Assembly: GCA_002269645.1 (NCBI GenBank)
Contig: NIVC01001802.1
Span: 12,088-76,087 of the forward strand
Direction of reading: 5' to 3'
Length of the DNA stretch: 64,000 nt
Source: Macrostomum lignano
Taxonomy: Eukaryota
Part shown: in pieces, positions 48,701 to 60,290 of the stretch
Numbering within the stretch: the first letter of the stretch is position 1
Layout: each line of letters opens with the position of its first letter
Notes under the pieces: model-generated
Database searches by the model: none
What the model was told of the DNA's origin: nothing
Seen by the model: only the letters and a program-made list of their open reading frames with translations
Translations under genes and position numbers: made by a program

Positions 48701-51700
48701 TCTCTGCCCTCTCTCTTCTCTTTTCCCTCTTCTCTCTGCCCTCTCTTCTCTTTTCCCTCTTCCCTCTGCCCTCTCTTCTCTTTTCCCTCTTCTCTCTTCT
48801 CTCTGCCCTCTCTCTTCTCTTTTCCCTCTTCTCTCTGCCCTCTCTCTTCTCTTTTCCCTCTTCTCTCTGCCCTCTCTCTTCTCTTTTCCCTCTTCTCTCT
48901 TCTCTCTGCCCTCTCTCTTCTCTTTTCCCTCTTCCCTCTGCCCTCTCTCTTCTCTTTTCCCTCTTCCCTCTGCCCTCGCTTTTATCTTTTCCCTTTTCCC
49001 TCTTCTCTCTGCCCTCTCTTCTCTTTTCCCTCTTCCCTCTGCCCTCTCTTCTCTCTTCCCTCTTCCCTCTGCCCTCTCTCTTCTTTTTTCCCTCTTCCCT
49101 CTGCCCTCTCTCTTCTCTTTTCCCTCTTCTCTCTGCCCTCTCTCTTCTCTTTTCCCTCTTCTCTCTGCCCTCTCTCTTCTCTTTTCCCTCTTCTCTCTTC
49201 CCTCTCTTCTCTCTTCCCTCTTCTCTCTGCCCTCTCTCTTCTCTTTTCCCTCTTCTCTCTGCCCTCTCTCTTCTCTTTTCCCTCTTCTCTCTGCCCTCTC
49301 TTCTCTCTTCCCTCTTCCCTCTGCCTTCGCTTTTATCTTTTCCCTTTTCTCTCTTCTCTCTGCCCTCTCTCTTCTCTTTTCCCTCTTCTCTCTTCTCTCT
49401 GCCCTCTCTCTTCTCTTTTCCCTCTTCCCTCTGCCCTCTCTCTTCTCTTTTCCCTCTCCCTCTTCTCTCTCCCCCTTATCTCTCTCACCTTTTCTCCCCT
49501 CTTCTCTCATCTCTCATATCGTCTTTCTCATCTCTTCTATCATATATCTCATCTTGTCTCCCGTCTGTCACGTTTCAATTCTGTCTTCTCTAATCTCTCT
49601 TCTATTCCTTCTTCCCTCTCTCATCTCACCGGCAACCATTCGCTAGATTCTTTATCTAGCCCTTGAGGTAAAAAAAATGCCGACTCAGCTTATCTATATA
49701 CGGATTGACCTGTAGAAGAGATGGGAACCTCAAGTTATCTCAGCCAACAAGGCTTGTAGTCTTTGTCCTGCAAGGCAAATAAACTCATCCTCATCAGATT
49801 GGGACTTGGGCTGATCTGGGAAAATTCGCATTTTCATACTTCATTGGTATGAATTAAACTGTAAAATTATAATTGCTCCCTACTCTCCATACTCACCTGA
49901 CCATCTCCCTCTGCTCACCCAGGTGCGCGTATTCCGCTTCGTCACGGAGCATACCATCGAGGAGCGCATCATCTGGCGCGCAGAAATGAAACTGCGCTTA
50001 GACAACCTGGTCATCCAGCAGGGCCGCCTGGTGGACCAGAAGGCCAACCAGCTGGGCAAAGACGAGGTGCTCACCATGATCCGCCACGGTGCTCAGCACA
50101 TCTTCCGCTCCAAGGACTCCGAGATCACCGACGAGGACATCGACCAGATCCTGGCTCGCAGCCAGTTGAAAACGGACGAGCTGAACAAGCAGCTGGCCAA
50201 CCTGGGCGAGTCTAGCCTGCGCACCTTCAGCATGGACACCGAGGCTGATCAGCAGTTCGGCACCTACATGTTCGAAGGCGAGGACTACCGCGGTCGCAAG
50301 GCCAACATCGCCGCCAACTGGATTGAGCCGCCCAAGCGAGAGCGCAAGGCCAACTACGCTGTGGACGCCTACTTCAAGGAGGCTCTGCGCCAGGCCGAGC
50401 CCAAGGCGCCGAAGGCTCCCAGGCCGCCCAAGCAGCCCATTGTGCAGGATTTCCAGTTCTTTCCTTCCCGGCTTATTGAGCTGCTGGAACAGGAGGTGCT
50501 GGCATTTCGGTGAGTGTCTGGCTGTCCCATGACTGTCTCATGACTCGCATGACTGTCCTATGACTCTCATGACTGTCTCATGACTGTCCTATGACTGTCT
50601 CATGACTGTCCTATGACTGTCTCATGACTGTCCTATGACTGTCTCATGACTGTCCTATGAGTGTCTCATGACTGTCCTATGACTGTCTCATGACTGTCCT
50701 ATGACTCATGACTGTCCTTATGACTGTCCCGTGACTTTAAATGACTGTCTAATGACTGTCCTATGACTGTCCCATGACTTTGAATGACCGTCTAATGACT
50801 GTCCTATGACTGTCCCATGACTGTCCCATGACTTTAAATGACCGTCTAATGACTGTCCTATGACTGTTCCATGACTTTAAATGACTGTCCTATGACTGTC
50901 CCATGACTTTAAATGACTGTCTAATGACTCCTATGACTGTTCCATGACTTTAAATGACTGTCTAATGACTCCTATGACTGTTCCATGACTTTAAATGACT
51001 GTCTAATGACTCCTATGACTGTCCCATGACTTTAAATGACTGTCTAATGACTCCTATGACTGTTCCATGACTTTAAATGACTGTCTAATGACTCCTATGA
51101 CTGTTCCATGACTTTAAATGACTGTCTAATGACTCCTATGACTGTCCCATGACTTTAAATGACTGTCTAATGACTCTCCTATGACTTTAAATGACTGTCT
51201 AATGACTGTTCTATGACTGTTCCATGACTTTAAATGACTGTCTAATGACTCTCCTATGACTGTCCCATGACTTTAAATGACTGTCTAATGACTCTCCTAT
51301 GACTTTAAATGACTGTCTAATGACTGTTCTATGACTGTCCCATGACTTTAAATGACTGTCTAATGACTGTCCTATGACTTTAAATGACTGTCTAATGACT
51401 GTCCCATGACTTTAAATGACTGTCTAATGACTTTAAATGACTGTCTAATGACTTTAAATGACTGTCTAATGACTGTCCCATGACTTTAAATGACTGTCTA
51501 ATGACTTTAAATGACTGTCTAATGACTGTCCCGTGACTTTAAATGACTGTCTAATGACTTTAAATGACTGTCCTATGACTGTCCCATGACTTTAAATGAC
51601 TGTCCCATGACTTTAAATGACTGTCCTATGACTGTCCCATGACTTTAAATGATTGTCTAATGACTGTCCTATGGCTGTCCTATGAGTTTCCGATAATTGT

Positions 51701-53266
51701 CACGTGACTGTCCTATGACTTTCCCATGACTTTAAATGACTTTCTAAAGACTCCTATGACTGTCCCATGACTTTAAATGACTGTCTAATGACTGTCCTAT
51801 GACTGTCCCATGACTGTAATTGACTGTCTAATGACTCTCCTATGACTGTCCTATGACTGTCCTATGAGTGTCCCATAATTGTCCCATGACTGTCTAATGA
51901 CTGTCCTATGATTGTCCTATGTTAAATGATGTCCTATGAGTGTCCCATGACTGTCCCGTAGTAAAAGTTCGCATCAATCCTCAATTTTTCTTCACAGCAA
52001 GAGCATCAACTACCGAGTGCCGCCAGGCGAACCCGATCGGGAGGAGCAGCAGGCCAAGATTGATGAGGCCGAGCCGCTCACTGAGGCTGAGCAGAAGGAG
52101 AAAGAGTCTCTGCTTGAGCAGGTAATTTTTCATGGGCAGGTTGGAGTTCCTGCGAGTGGGTCTCTGTGTCTTCAGAGGTGTCTGTTGACCTCCCCTGGCT
52201 CTGTGTCTTCAGAGATGTCTGTTGACCTCCCCTGGGTCCCTGTGTCTTCAGATGTGTCTGTTGACCTCCCCTGGGTCTCTGTGTCTTCAGAGGTGTCTGC
52301 TGACCTCCCCTGGGTCTCTGTGTCTTCAGATGTGTCTGTTGACCTCCCCTGGGTCCCTGTGTCTTCAGATGTGTCTGTTGACCTCCCCTGGGTCTCTGTG
52401 TCTTCAGAGGTGTCTGTTGACCTCCCCTGGGTCCCTGTGTCTTCAGATGTGTCTGTTGACCTCCCCTGGGTCTCTGTGTCTTCAGAGGTGTCTGTTGATC
52501 TCCCCTGGGTCTCTGTGTCTTCAGGTGTGTCTGTTGATCTCCCCTGGGTCTCTGCATCTTCAGGTGTGTCTGTTGACCTTCCCTGGCTCTTTAGCTTGAC
52601 CCTTATAAGTATCTCTTGGCTTCCTAATCTCCAGCCAGGTGTCTGTTGACCTCTTCTGTCCCCTGGGACACTGTCCCTTTTGTGTCTTCTGACCCCTGCG
52701 TCGCTCGCTGTCTTAGGAGTCTCACTCGGTCCCTTGGATCTTTAGGGCATTATCACGCCTGCCATGTAATGCCAGCCAATCCTACATACCACTGCCGCCA
52801 GGGCTTCACCAACTGGAGCCGGCGCGACTTCCAACAGTTCGTCAAAGCCAACGAGAAGCACGGTCGCGATCAGATTGACAAAATCTGCCAAGAGATCGAA
52901 GGCAAAACGCCCGAAGAGGTGCGCGAATATGCCCAGGTGTTCTGGCGCCGGCACGGCGAGCTCACCGACAATGAGCGAATTCTGGCCCAGATGCAGCGGG
53001 GCGAGGCCAAGCTGGCCCGCCGCCAGGCCATCAAGCGCTCGCTTGACGTCAAGATGGGCCGCTATCGGGCACCCTTCCACCAGCTCAAGATTCACTACGG
53101 AACTAATAAGGTGGGTAGATGTGTGTGTAAAGTTGCGGTGGTTTAGCTGATCAACAGACCGACAGGCATACAGACACACACACAGATACAAGAAGACAGA
53201 CAGACACACACACGACAGACAGATAGACAGACAGACAGATAGACAGATAGACGGACAGACAGACAA

Positions 53267-53323
<57 letters not shown>

Positions 53324-53372
53324 ACAGACACACGACAGACAGACAGACAAAGAGATACAAGAAGACAGGCAC

Positions 53373-53441
<69 letters not shown>

Positions 53442-53841
53442 ACAGACAGAACAGACACACGACAGACAGACAGACAAAGAGATACAAGAAGACAGGCACA
53501 CAGACAGACAGACAGACAGACAGAACAGAAACACGACAGACAGACACAGAGATACAAGAAGACAGGCACACAGACAGACAGACAGATACAAGAAGACAGA
53601 CAGACAGACAGACAGACACACATATACAAGAAGACAGACAAACAGACAGACACACAGATACAAGAAGACAGACAGACAGACAGACACACAGATACAAGAA
53701 GACAGACAGACAGACACACAGATACAAGAAGACAGACAGACAGACAGACAGATACAAGAAGACAGACAGACACACAGATACAAGAAGACAGACAGACACA
53801 CAGATACAAGAAGACAGACAGACAGACACACAGATACAAGA

Positions 53842-53874
<33 letters not shown>

Positions 53875-55133
53875 CACAGATACAAGAAAACAGACAGGCA
53901 GACAGACACACAGACACACAGATACAAGAAGACAGACAGACACACAGATACAAGAAGACAGACAGGCAGACAGACACACAGACACACAGATACAAGAAGA
54001 CAGACAGGCAGACAGACACACAGATACAAGAAGACAGACAGACAGACACACAGATACAAGAAGACAGACAGACAGACACACAGATACAAGAAGACAGACA
54101 GACAGACAGACAGACACACAGATACAAGAAGACAGACAGACAGACACACAGATACAAGAAGACAGACAGACAGACAGACAGACACACAGATACAAGAAGA
54201 CAGACAGACAGACGGACACACAGATACAAGAAGACAGACAGACAGACAGACACACAGATACAAGAAGACAGACAGACAGACACACAGATACAAGAAGACA
54301 GACAGACAGACAGACAGACACACAGATACAAGAAGACAGATACACAGATACAAGAAGACAGACAGACAGACACACAGATACAAGAAGACAGACAGACAGA
54401 CAGACAGACACACAGATACAAGAAGACAGACAGACACACAGATACAAGAAGACAGACAGACAGACAGACACACAGATACAAGAAGACAGACAAACAGACA
54501 GACACACAGATACAAGAAGACAGACACACAGATACAAGAAGACAGACACACAGATACAAGAAGACAGACAGACAGACACACAGATACAAGAAGACAGACA
54601 GACACACAGATACAAGAAGACAGACAAACAGACAGACACACAGATACACTCTCACGCACAAGTCAGCAGAATGGCAGGCGGGCAAACAAACTTGAGTTTA
54701 AACGCCAAGCCAAACTGAGAAGCTACACACTGCACAGAGGTGTAAACAGGCAGACGCACAAAGCTCCCCTATGCAGCCAAAAGCCCCTCCCCTTTAACCA
54801 ACCCGATCACCCAAACCCCACCCGCAGGGCAAGGCATTCACAGAGGAGGAGGACCGGTTCCTCATCTGCTACCTGCACAAGCTGGGGCTGGACACCGAGA
54901 ACGCCTACGAGCTGCTGCGCCACGCCGTCCGCCAGACTCCGCAGTTCAGGTTTGATTGGTTCCTAAAATCGCGCACAGCCATGGAGCTGCAGCGCCGTTG
55001 CAACACGCTGATCACCCTCATCGAGAAGGAGATGGGCGACGAGGTCACCGGCAGGCGAGGCCGGCCAAAGTCTGTCGCCGCCGCCGGGAACAACGGCAGC
55101 GACGAGCCCGCGGCCAAGAAGCGCAAGGCCTGA
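42739..55133 (+). CDS. ISWI: ISWI-family SNF2 chromatin-remodelling ATPase (SMARCA5/SMARCA1 orthologue), ~1001 aa
   Basis: Exons 42739..42753 (tentative), 45667..46673, 47437..48094, 49923..50509, 51998..52121, 52802..53110, 54828..55133 total 3006 nt with consistent phases. Motifs [66 protein letters not shown], and a HAND-SANT-SLIDE tail ([33 protein letters not shown]). Confidence 0.97.
44054..44435. mobile_element. Short element bounded by a perfect 49-bp inverted repeat; possible Penelope-like remnant
   Basis: 44054-44102 is the exact reverse complement of 44387-44435. The right arm overlaps a hammerhead-like motif ctgacga-tgcct-gacgcg-aggc-aaaac-at-gtc. Confidence 0.45.
44534..44926. 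mobile_element. hAT-type MITE in the first ISWI intron
   Basis: Imperfect TIR tagaggtcggac / gttcgaccccta, perfect 8-bp TSD cttaataa (44526-44533, 44927-44934), and subterminal cgtga/tcacg motifs. Confidence 0.8.
46735..47388. repeat. ~29-32-bp minisatellite (gatgctaatggggcggatagtgagtgtagta) in ISWI intron 2
   Basis: Tandem array with a gradual change of variant type along its length. Confidence 0.95.
48165..49470. repeat. ~1.3-kb C/T-rich polypyrimidine satellite in ISWI intron 3
   Basis: Built from ctctgccctct, cttctcttttccct and similar units; the plus strand is almost free of purines. Confidence 0.95.
50525..51958. repeat. atgactgtcc/atgactttaa-based compound minisatellite in ISWI intron 4
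   Basis: About 1.4 kb of 10-11-bp subunits in higher-order patterns. Confidence 0.95.
52160..52590. repeat. 39-bp minisatellite in ISWI intron 5
   Basis: gtgtcttcagaggtgtctgttgacctcccctgggtctct, about 10-11 copies. Confidence 0.95.
53155..54650. repeat. (GACA)n / cacagatacaagaaga compound satellite in ISWI intron 6
   Basis: About 1.5 kb and strongly A/C/G-skewed. Confidence 0.95.
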
Positions 55134-55289
55134 GGAGATGAGAATAGCGTTGAGCCGGCGAGACTTTGCGCAAACTGCTTAATGGGTTTTTGATTGGGGT
55201 TAGGATTAGCTGTGTACTGGTTACCGCACCGTTTCCCAGTTATTTCAATGAATTTCGGAGACTTTCCAATAAAGTTGGGGAATTTAAAA

Positions 55290-55815
55290 AGTGTCGGGGA
55301 GTTTCAAATGATGTCGGGGAGTTTCAATTGATGTCGGGGAGTTTCAAATAATGTCGGGGAGTTTCAATTAATGTCGGGGAGTTTCAATTAATGTCGGGGA
55401 GTTTCAATTAATGTCGGGGAGTTTCAAGGAATGTCGGGGAGTTTCAAGGAATGTCGGGGAGTTTCAAGGAATGTCGGGGAGTTTCAAGGAATGTCGGGGA
55501 GTTTCAAGGAATGTCGGGGAGTTTCAAATGATGTCGGAGAGTTTCAAGGAATGTCGGAGAGTTTCAAGGAATGTCCGAGAGTTTCAAGGAATGTCGGAGG
55601 GTTTCAAGGAATGCCGGAGAGTTTCAAGGAATGTCGGAGGGTTTCAAGGAATGTCGGAGAGTTTCAAGGACTGTAGGGGAGTTTCAAGGAATGTAGGAGA
55701 GTTTCAAGGAATGTTGGAGAGTTTCAAGGAATGTCCGAGAGTTTCAAGGAATGTCGGAGAGTTTCAAGGAATGTCGGAGAGTTTCAAGGAATGTTGGAGA
55801 GTTTTAAATAATGTC
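55290..55815. repeat. 20-bp minisatellite (tgtcggggagtttcaaggaa) downstream of the ISWI stop
   Basis: About 25 tandem units. Confidence 0.95.
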
Positions 55816-57583
55816 CGATAGTCTTCAAAGACTGTCTAATGGCAGTCTGTTTCCAGAGAGAACAGGAGAGCTGGCAGTTGTAAAATTTCTGCCTCGCAAG
55901 CTCTTGCTGTTTAATTCAAATTTTAATCTAACACTGCAAAATGGTATGTAAGTGTACTTGTAACTTTATATTTGTTACTATGCATATTCAGCTAATTACT
56001 AAGGGTGAAAAAACCGGTTCTGCAGCGCTGTCTGGCAGCTGGGGGCATCTTTAACTACTTTATAATATAATTATGAATAATAGCGTGCATTGTTTGTGTT
56101 GTGCTCTGTTATGTTAACCCAAATATAGTTCTGCTCTGTCCCGTCGCTCTACTAATAGTAGCTATCAATGCGTGTTTCATTCTTACTGTTATTATATACT
56201 GTATTATTAATTTAGCATTTTTCTGTTTGCAATCTTCTGTCCGCATATGGGGTTTAGCTGATAATCTCATATTATAGTTCTTCTGTGCACTCGGCGTTTT
56301 ATTCGGCTAACTTAAACATGGTTTAGTTATCATTTTGTAATATTACTACTAACATTAGTAGCAGCAACAGCAAATAGTTATCGCGCAGCCTCTTGTGTCT
56401 CACGGCCCTGTGAAAATAAAATCGCATTTTTGTGCAGCCATTCTTTTTATTCAGTGCGCAAATGATCGGTCGCTCTAATTTTAATTTGGCTATTCCATTG
56501 TTTGCATCGATTTACAGTTCATTTTAATCAACAGTGGGTCTAAAGGAATGCAACGCGAATTGGCCTACGAGTAGAGCAGGGTCGGCGGACTCCGGCCCGC
56601 CAAGCCTCTCTATCTGGGCCTCGGGGTCCATTAAAATTTCACAATGGCAATCCGGCGCGCCCAAGGTATGTCTGCTCAGCTCTCTTCTTTCTTCTCTACT
56701 CTCTTCTCCTATCTCTCCTCTTATCTCCTCTCTTCTATCCTTTTATCTCTCTTTCTCCTATCTTTCCTCTTATCTTCTCCCTTCTCTCATCTGTCTGGCA
56801 GAACCATTAGCGTGAAGACAAAAAATACATACTGAACTCAAATTTTCGTTGTAACAGAAAAAGTTAACTGCTGGTCCTTTCTTGTATGTATTTAATGCAA
56901 AAAACGCAGATTCAAAATGGTTAGCTTAAAATAACAGTTAATGAGACAGAAACTAACTTACTTAACAGATGCATTTAAACACAAGTTATATATATTAACT
57001 TAGCACGTGTAGTAGCTTGTTTAGTAAACAAAGTTTCGCAGTTTTTTCAACTTAGGTACACAGTAAAAGCGTAAGTTAGATAAAATAAACTTAATGCCCA
57101 CTATAGCAATGTATCTCGATCTATTATTGGATCGTATAGATCAAGACGAGCACACGTCGACGAAATGTGCGAAAGTTTTACATTTTATTTTGTGCAGCGA
57201 TACACTCGGCTTTTCTGACAAACCTGCGCATGCGAAGTCTACACCAATGATGCAAACGCACACGTATACGAACAACCTCATAGCATCATTGTTGCTGAGA
57301 AATGATCGCTGCAGAAAGGAAGCTCGAGGTTAGCTGCACTAAAACGCTCAAGCATGATCGCTGCATCACTGCGTCATTTCGGCTCGAAACAGGAGCTCCA
57401 TCTTCGTGAACACACCGATACTTATTTTAAAAGGCGTACTTAGTCCGTGGAAGCATTCTGGGAACGTTTTGAGCTGAAAAAACGTCGGGACTGATTTTTC
57501 TGAAAAAATACGCTCCCGGCAAGTTTGGCAACTAAATCTTGATACTTTCCGCAAATGCATATACAGCAATGTACGGCACTATC

Positions 57584-58719
57584 TCATCTTCCTCGATCGC
57601 GTCCATGGGAGCCAGGACTGCCTGACCAGCCGGTTGGGACGTATCCAAAAGGATCGTTACCAGAGACGCAGCCGGAAATCATGTCTCGGTGCTCATCATA
57701 TCGAATTGATAGACTAATATACATAGCGTCCATGCAGAGTGTTGCAAGCTTCTCATTCGGTGACTTTTTGGACAAGTTAGTTTGAATATGCGTCATGGTC
57801 ACAGATACTATATAACTTATATAGTATCTGTGGTCATGGTCAACGGACAAATCCCAGGCTGCCGAAAAAATTCTCGAAGTTCGCAGAAACCGGTATGCTG
57901 CTGGACTCTTGTGACGTAGACTCAGCGCAAACCGCAATTCTCGTTGAGTCCAGCGGATTCCTCGAGATTGGTCGTCTTGTTCACTGAAAATGTTAAAATT
58001 AGACGAGTTTTTGAAGACGCTAGCAACTTTTTCTTCGGCTTCATTAACTTGTCAACTTTCTTGGTGCGATGCAACCTACAACGCATACGATTTACTGCTT
58101 GCCTAGCCACCCTTAATGCGTTTCTGGAGCTTGCAGATTTATGCTGAGCAGCCTTCTCTGATTTAATTCGCAGCCTCAACTCTCGTTTAGCAGACTGTTC
58201 GGATTTTTTGAGACGATACCAACTTACAGCGTAGCTAGTTGATCGTAGCTTCGGCAGTTGTACCAGGAGAACATTGCACTCCAGCCTGCTTTTTTGACGA
58301 CTCAATGCCTACTTCCGATGTGGCATAGTCGACAGGGCTGGCACATACTGAGTTCGGGTCAGCCAGTTTTTGTGGCTGTGGGCATGAAACTTTGACTGAC
58401 GTGTTAACAGTCTGGCGCAGTTTTGATAGCGACGGCAAAGCAGTCTTCTTTAAAATTTTTCCACCCGGAGTTACGTAGGCGTCTTTTTCAAAATGCAGGC
58501 TACATACGCTCGTAGCTTCAGTTTGTGTTGCCTTACGACATCCAATGTTATAGCCTCTTCTTCTAATGCGTCGATCCAACACTGAGCGGCATAATCAAAC
58601 TTCGGAAAATGGGGCAGAATGATATTTTCATCCAGTTGCGGAGAAAATATACGCGAGTTGCAACCACGAGCCCAACAACACCTCGAGTTTAAAATTGAGC
58701 TGCTCGTATTTTTCAGCAT
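57584..58719 (-). pseudogene. Frameshifted THAP-domain P-element-family transposase fragment (THAP9-like)
   Basis: The THAP motif is split over two frames (CCWARGCNS...HFPK...WIDAL / VCSLHFEKDAY...LKKTALPSL). A basic helical linker follows, then RFALSLRHKSPAAYRFLR and LATLCMDAMYIS.SIRYD..RDMISG, which resembles the first catalytic region of P transposases. Recognisable similarity stops at about 57640. Confidence 0.75.
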
Positions 58720-60290
58720 CTTCTCGTAATACTGCTAATGGCTATGTTTGAACATTTCTACTCTTACTTAATGAATTTTTTCAATTTCTCAAAAAATAGC
58801 GTCTATGTCCCTAAGCTACTGAACTCAAAATTTAAGCACCCCATGTCGGCTTTTTTCGCACTAGTGACGAAAAACAGCGGTCGCACTTTCCCTATTAACG
58901 CAATACAAAGAGGCCTATCTAGGGAATGTAAGATCTATGGCCGGAACCATGACCCTCACTGATACAATTTATGACGATCTGAGCGTCCTGTACCTGACTC
59001 CTAGCGAGGCCATGCTTCCCATCGATACTATTACTACGAGCTACCACTACGCTTCCCAAGTTGTCGCTGGCCTGCAACGAATCCATGTTTTCAGATTTAT
59101 AATGAGATGTGTTTATTCCGCGTCGGCGAAGGGCATATCCGGGACGGGACTGCCGATCAGATTAGGGTTAGGGTTATGATTAGGGTTAACGTCGAAATTG
59201 ATCAATTTGTCAGCAGTCAAATGCTCGTCAGTCAAATAAGTGACGCAATGTATTAGTATTATCAGTCTTTTGCATAGTCGCGATGAAATAATTTTCCCCA
59301 AAAAATCAACAGCCTCACTGATAGAGCCGCGCCTGCTAAAGTCTGCCTCCCTGTTATAAAATAGTACTAGCGACTGTGATGATGATCACCGACGACGGCC
59401 CATTCCTCTTCTGAGTGGGCGCGCTCGATTGGATAAACTGAGATATAGAGCGACAGCTGCTAAGGCCTTCAGAGATCTGAAAAAACGAGTTGAAACTTAA
59501 ACTGCGTGGATCCGGGACACAATTCACAGCTATTATACAATAGCCATATTTATGCATAAAATAATCTTGAAGCTGCAGAAATGTAAAGGATATGATGAAA
59601 GATCTCGAGCGTAGTTCCCTAGTGTCTATAACGAGCGTAGTTGCTTGAGAGTCAGGTTGAGGATATCCAGCAGATAAGGTTTTTTTTCCATTATTAAAGC
59701 CTGATATGAAAACTTTAAAATGGCGCAGTGATCCGACTATGATGGCAGTTCCACTGTTAAACGCCGTTATTTCCAGAAAGCAGAAAAACCAATTCGCATA
59801 ATAGTCTTGCTTATAAGAGTGACTACAGATTGAACAAATCTAAAAACACGGACTTAGACACAGCTGGCATGGCATGAACTTGCAAAATCAGCTGGCTCTA
59901 AAATTTTCGAAAGGGCATTCAGCACAAACAGAAACTCCTGCATCAAGGCAGGTAAAATTGGTGCGCCGCATGTCGCAAAGGTTGCAAGTGACGCATGCAG
60001 TACCTGGATAGACACTGACAGAGAAAAAAGAGGACGAAAATCTAGCCAACCGAATCGGGAAGCTGAGGGCAGAGAGCCTGATGCAAATGGCAAAGCGCTC
60101 GGATATTGGCAGGCCTCATGATGCGTCTGGAATGCGAAGTGCAGCCTGCAGTCACGTGAAATTTATTAGGGAATGCTTCTTCTGTATATAAATGCAGCCA
60201 CTTTACAGGATGCATCTGCAATCCTCTGACCATCGATACAACAACAAAAGCTGAGCTTTTCATTTGAACTGGGCCCTTGCATCTCAAACC

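Noticed and set aside
47880-49666. Long ORFs of 454-588 aa on both strands (S/L/F/P-rich or R/E/G/K-rich)
   Set aside because: They are stop-free translations of the polypyrimidine satellite within ISWI intron 3.
52742-54685. Minus-strand ORFs of 498-647 aa rich in V/C/L/S
   Set aside because: They are translations of the GACA satellite in ISWI intron 6.
59160-59190. ttaggg telomere-like repeats
   Set aside because: Only about three imperfect units at an internal position; such motifs are common in small TEs and are not evidence of a telomere fusion.
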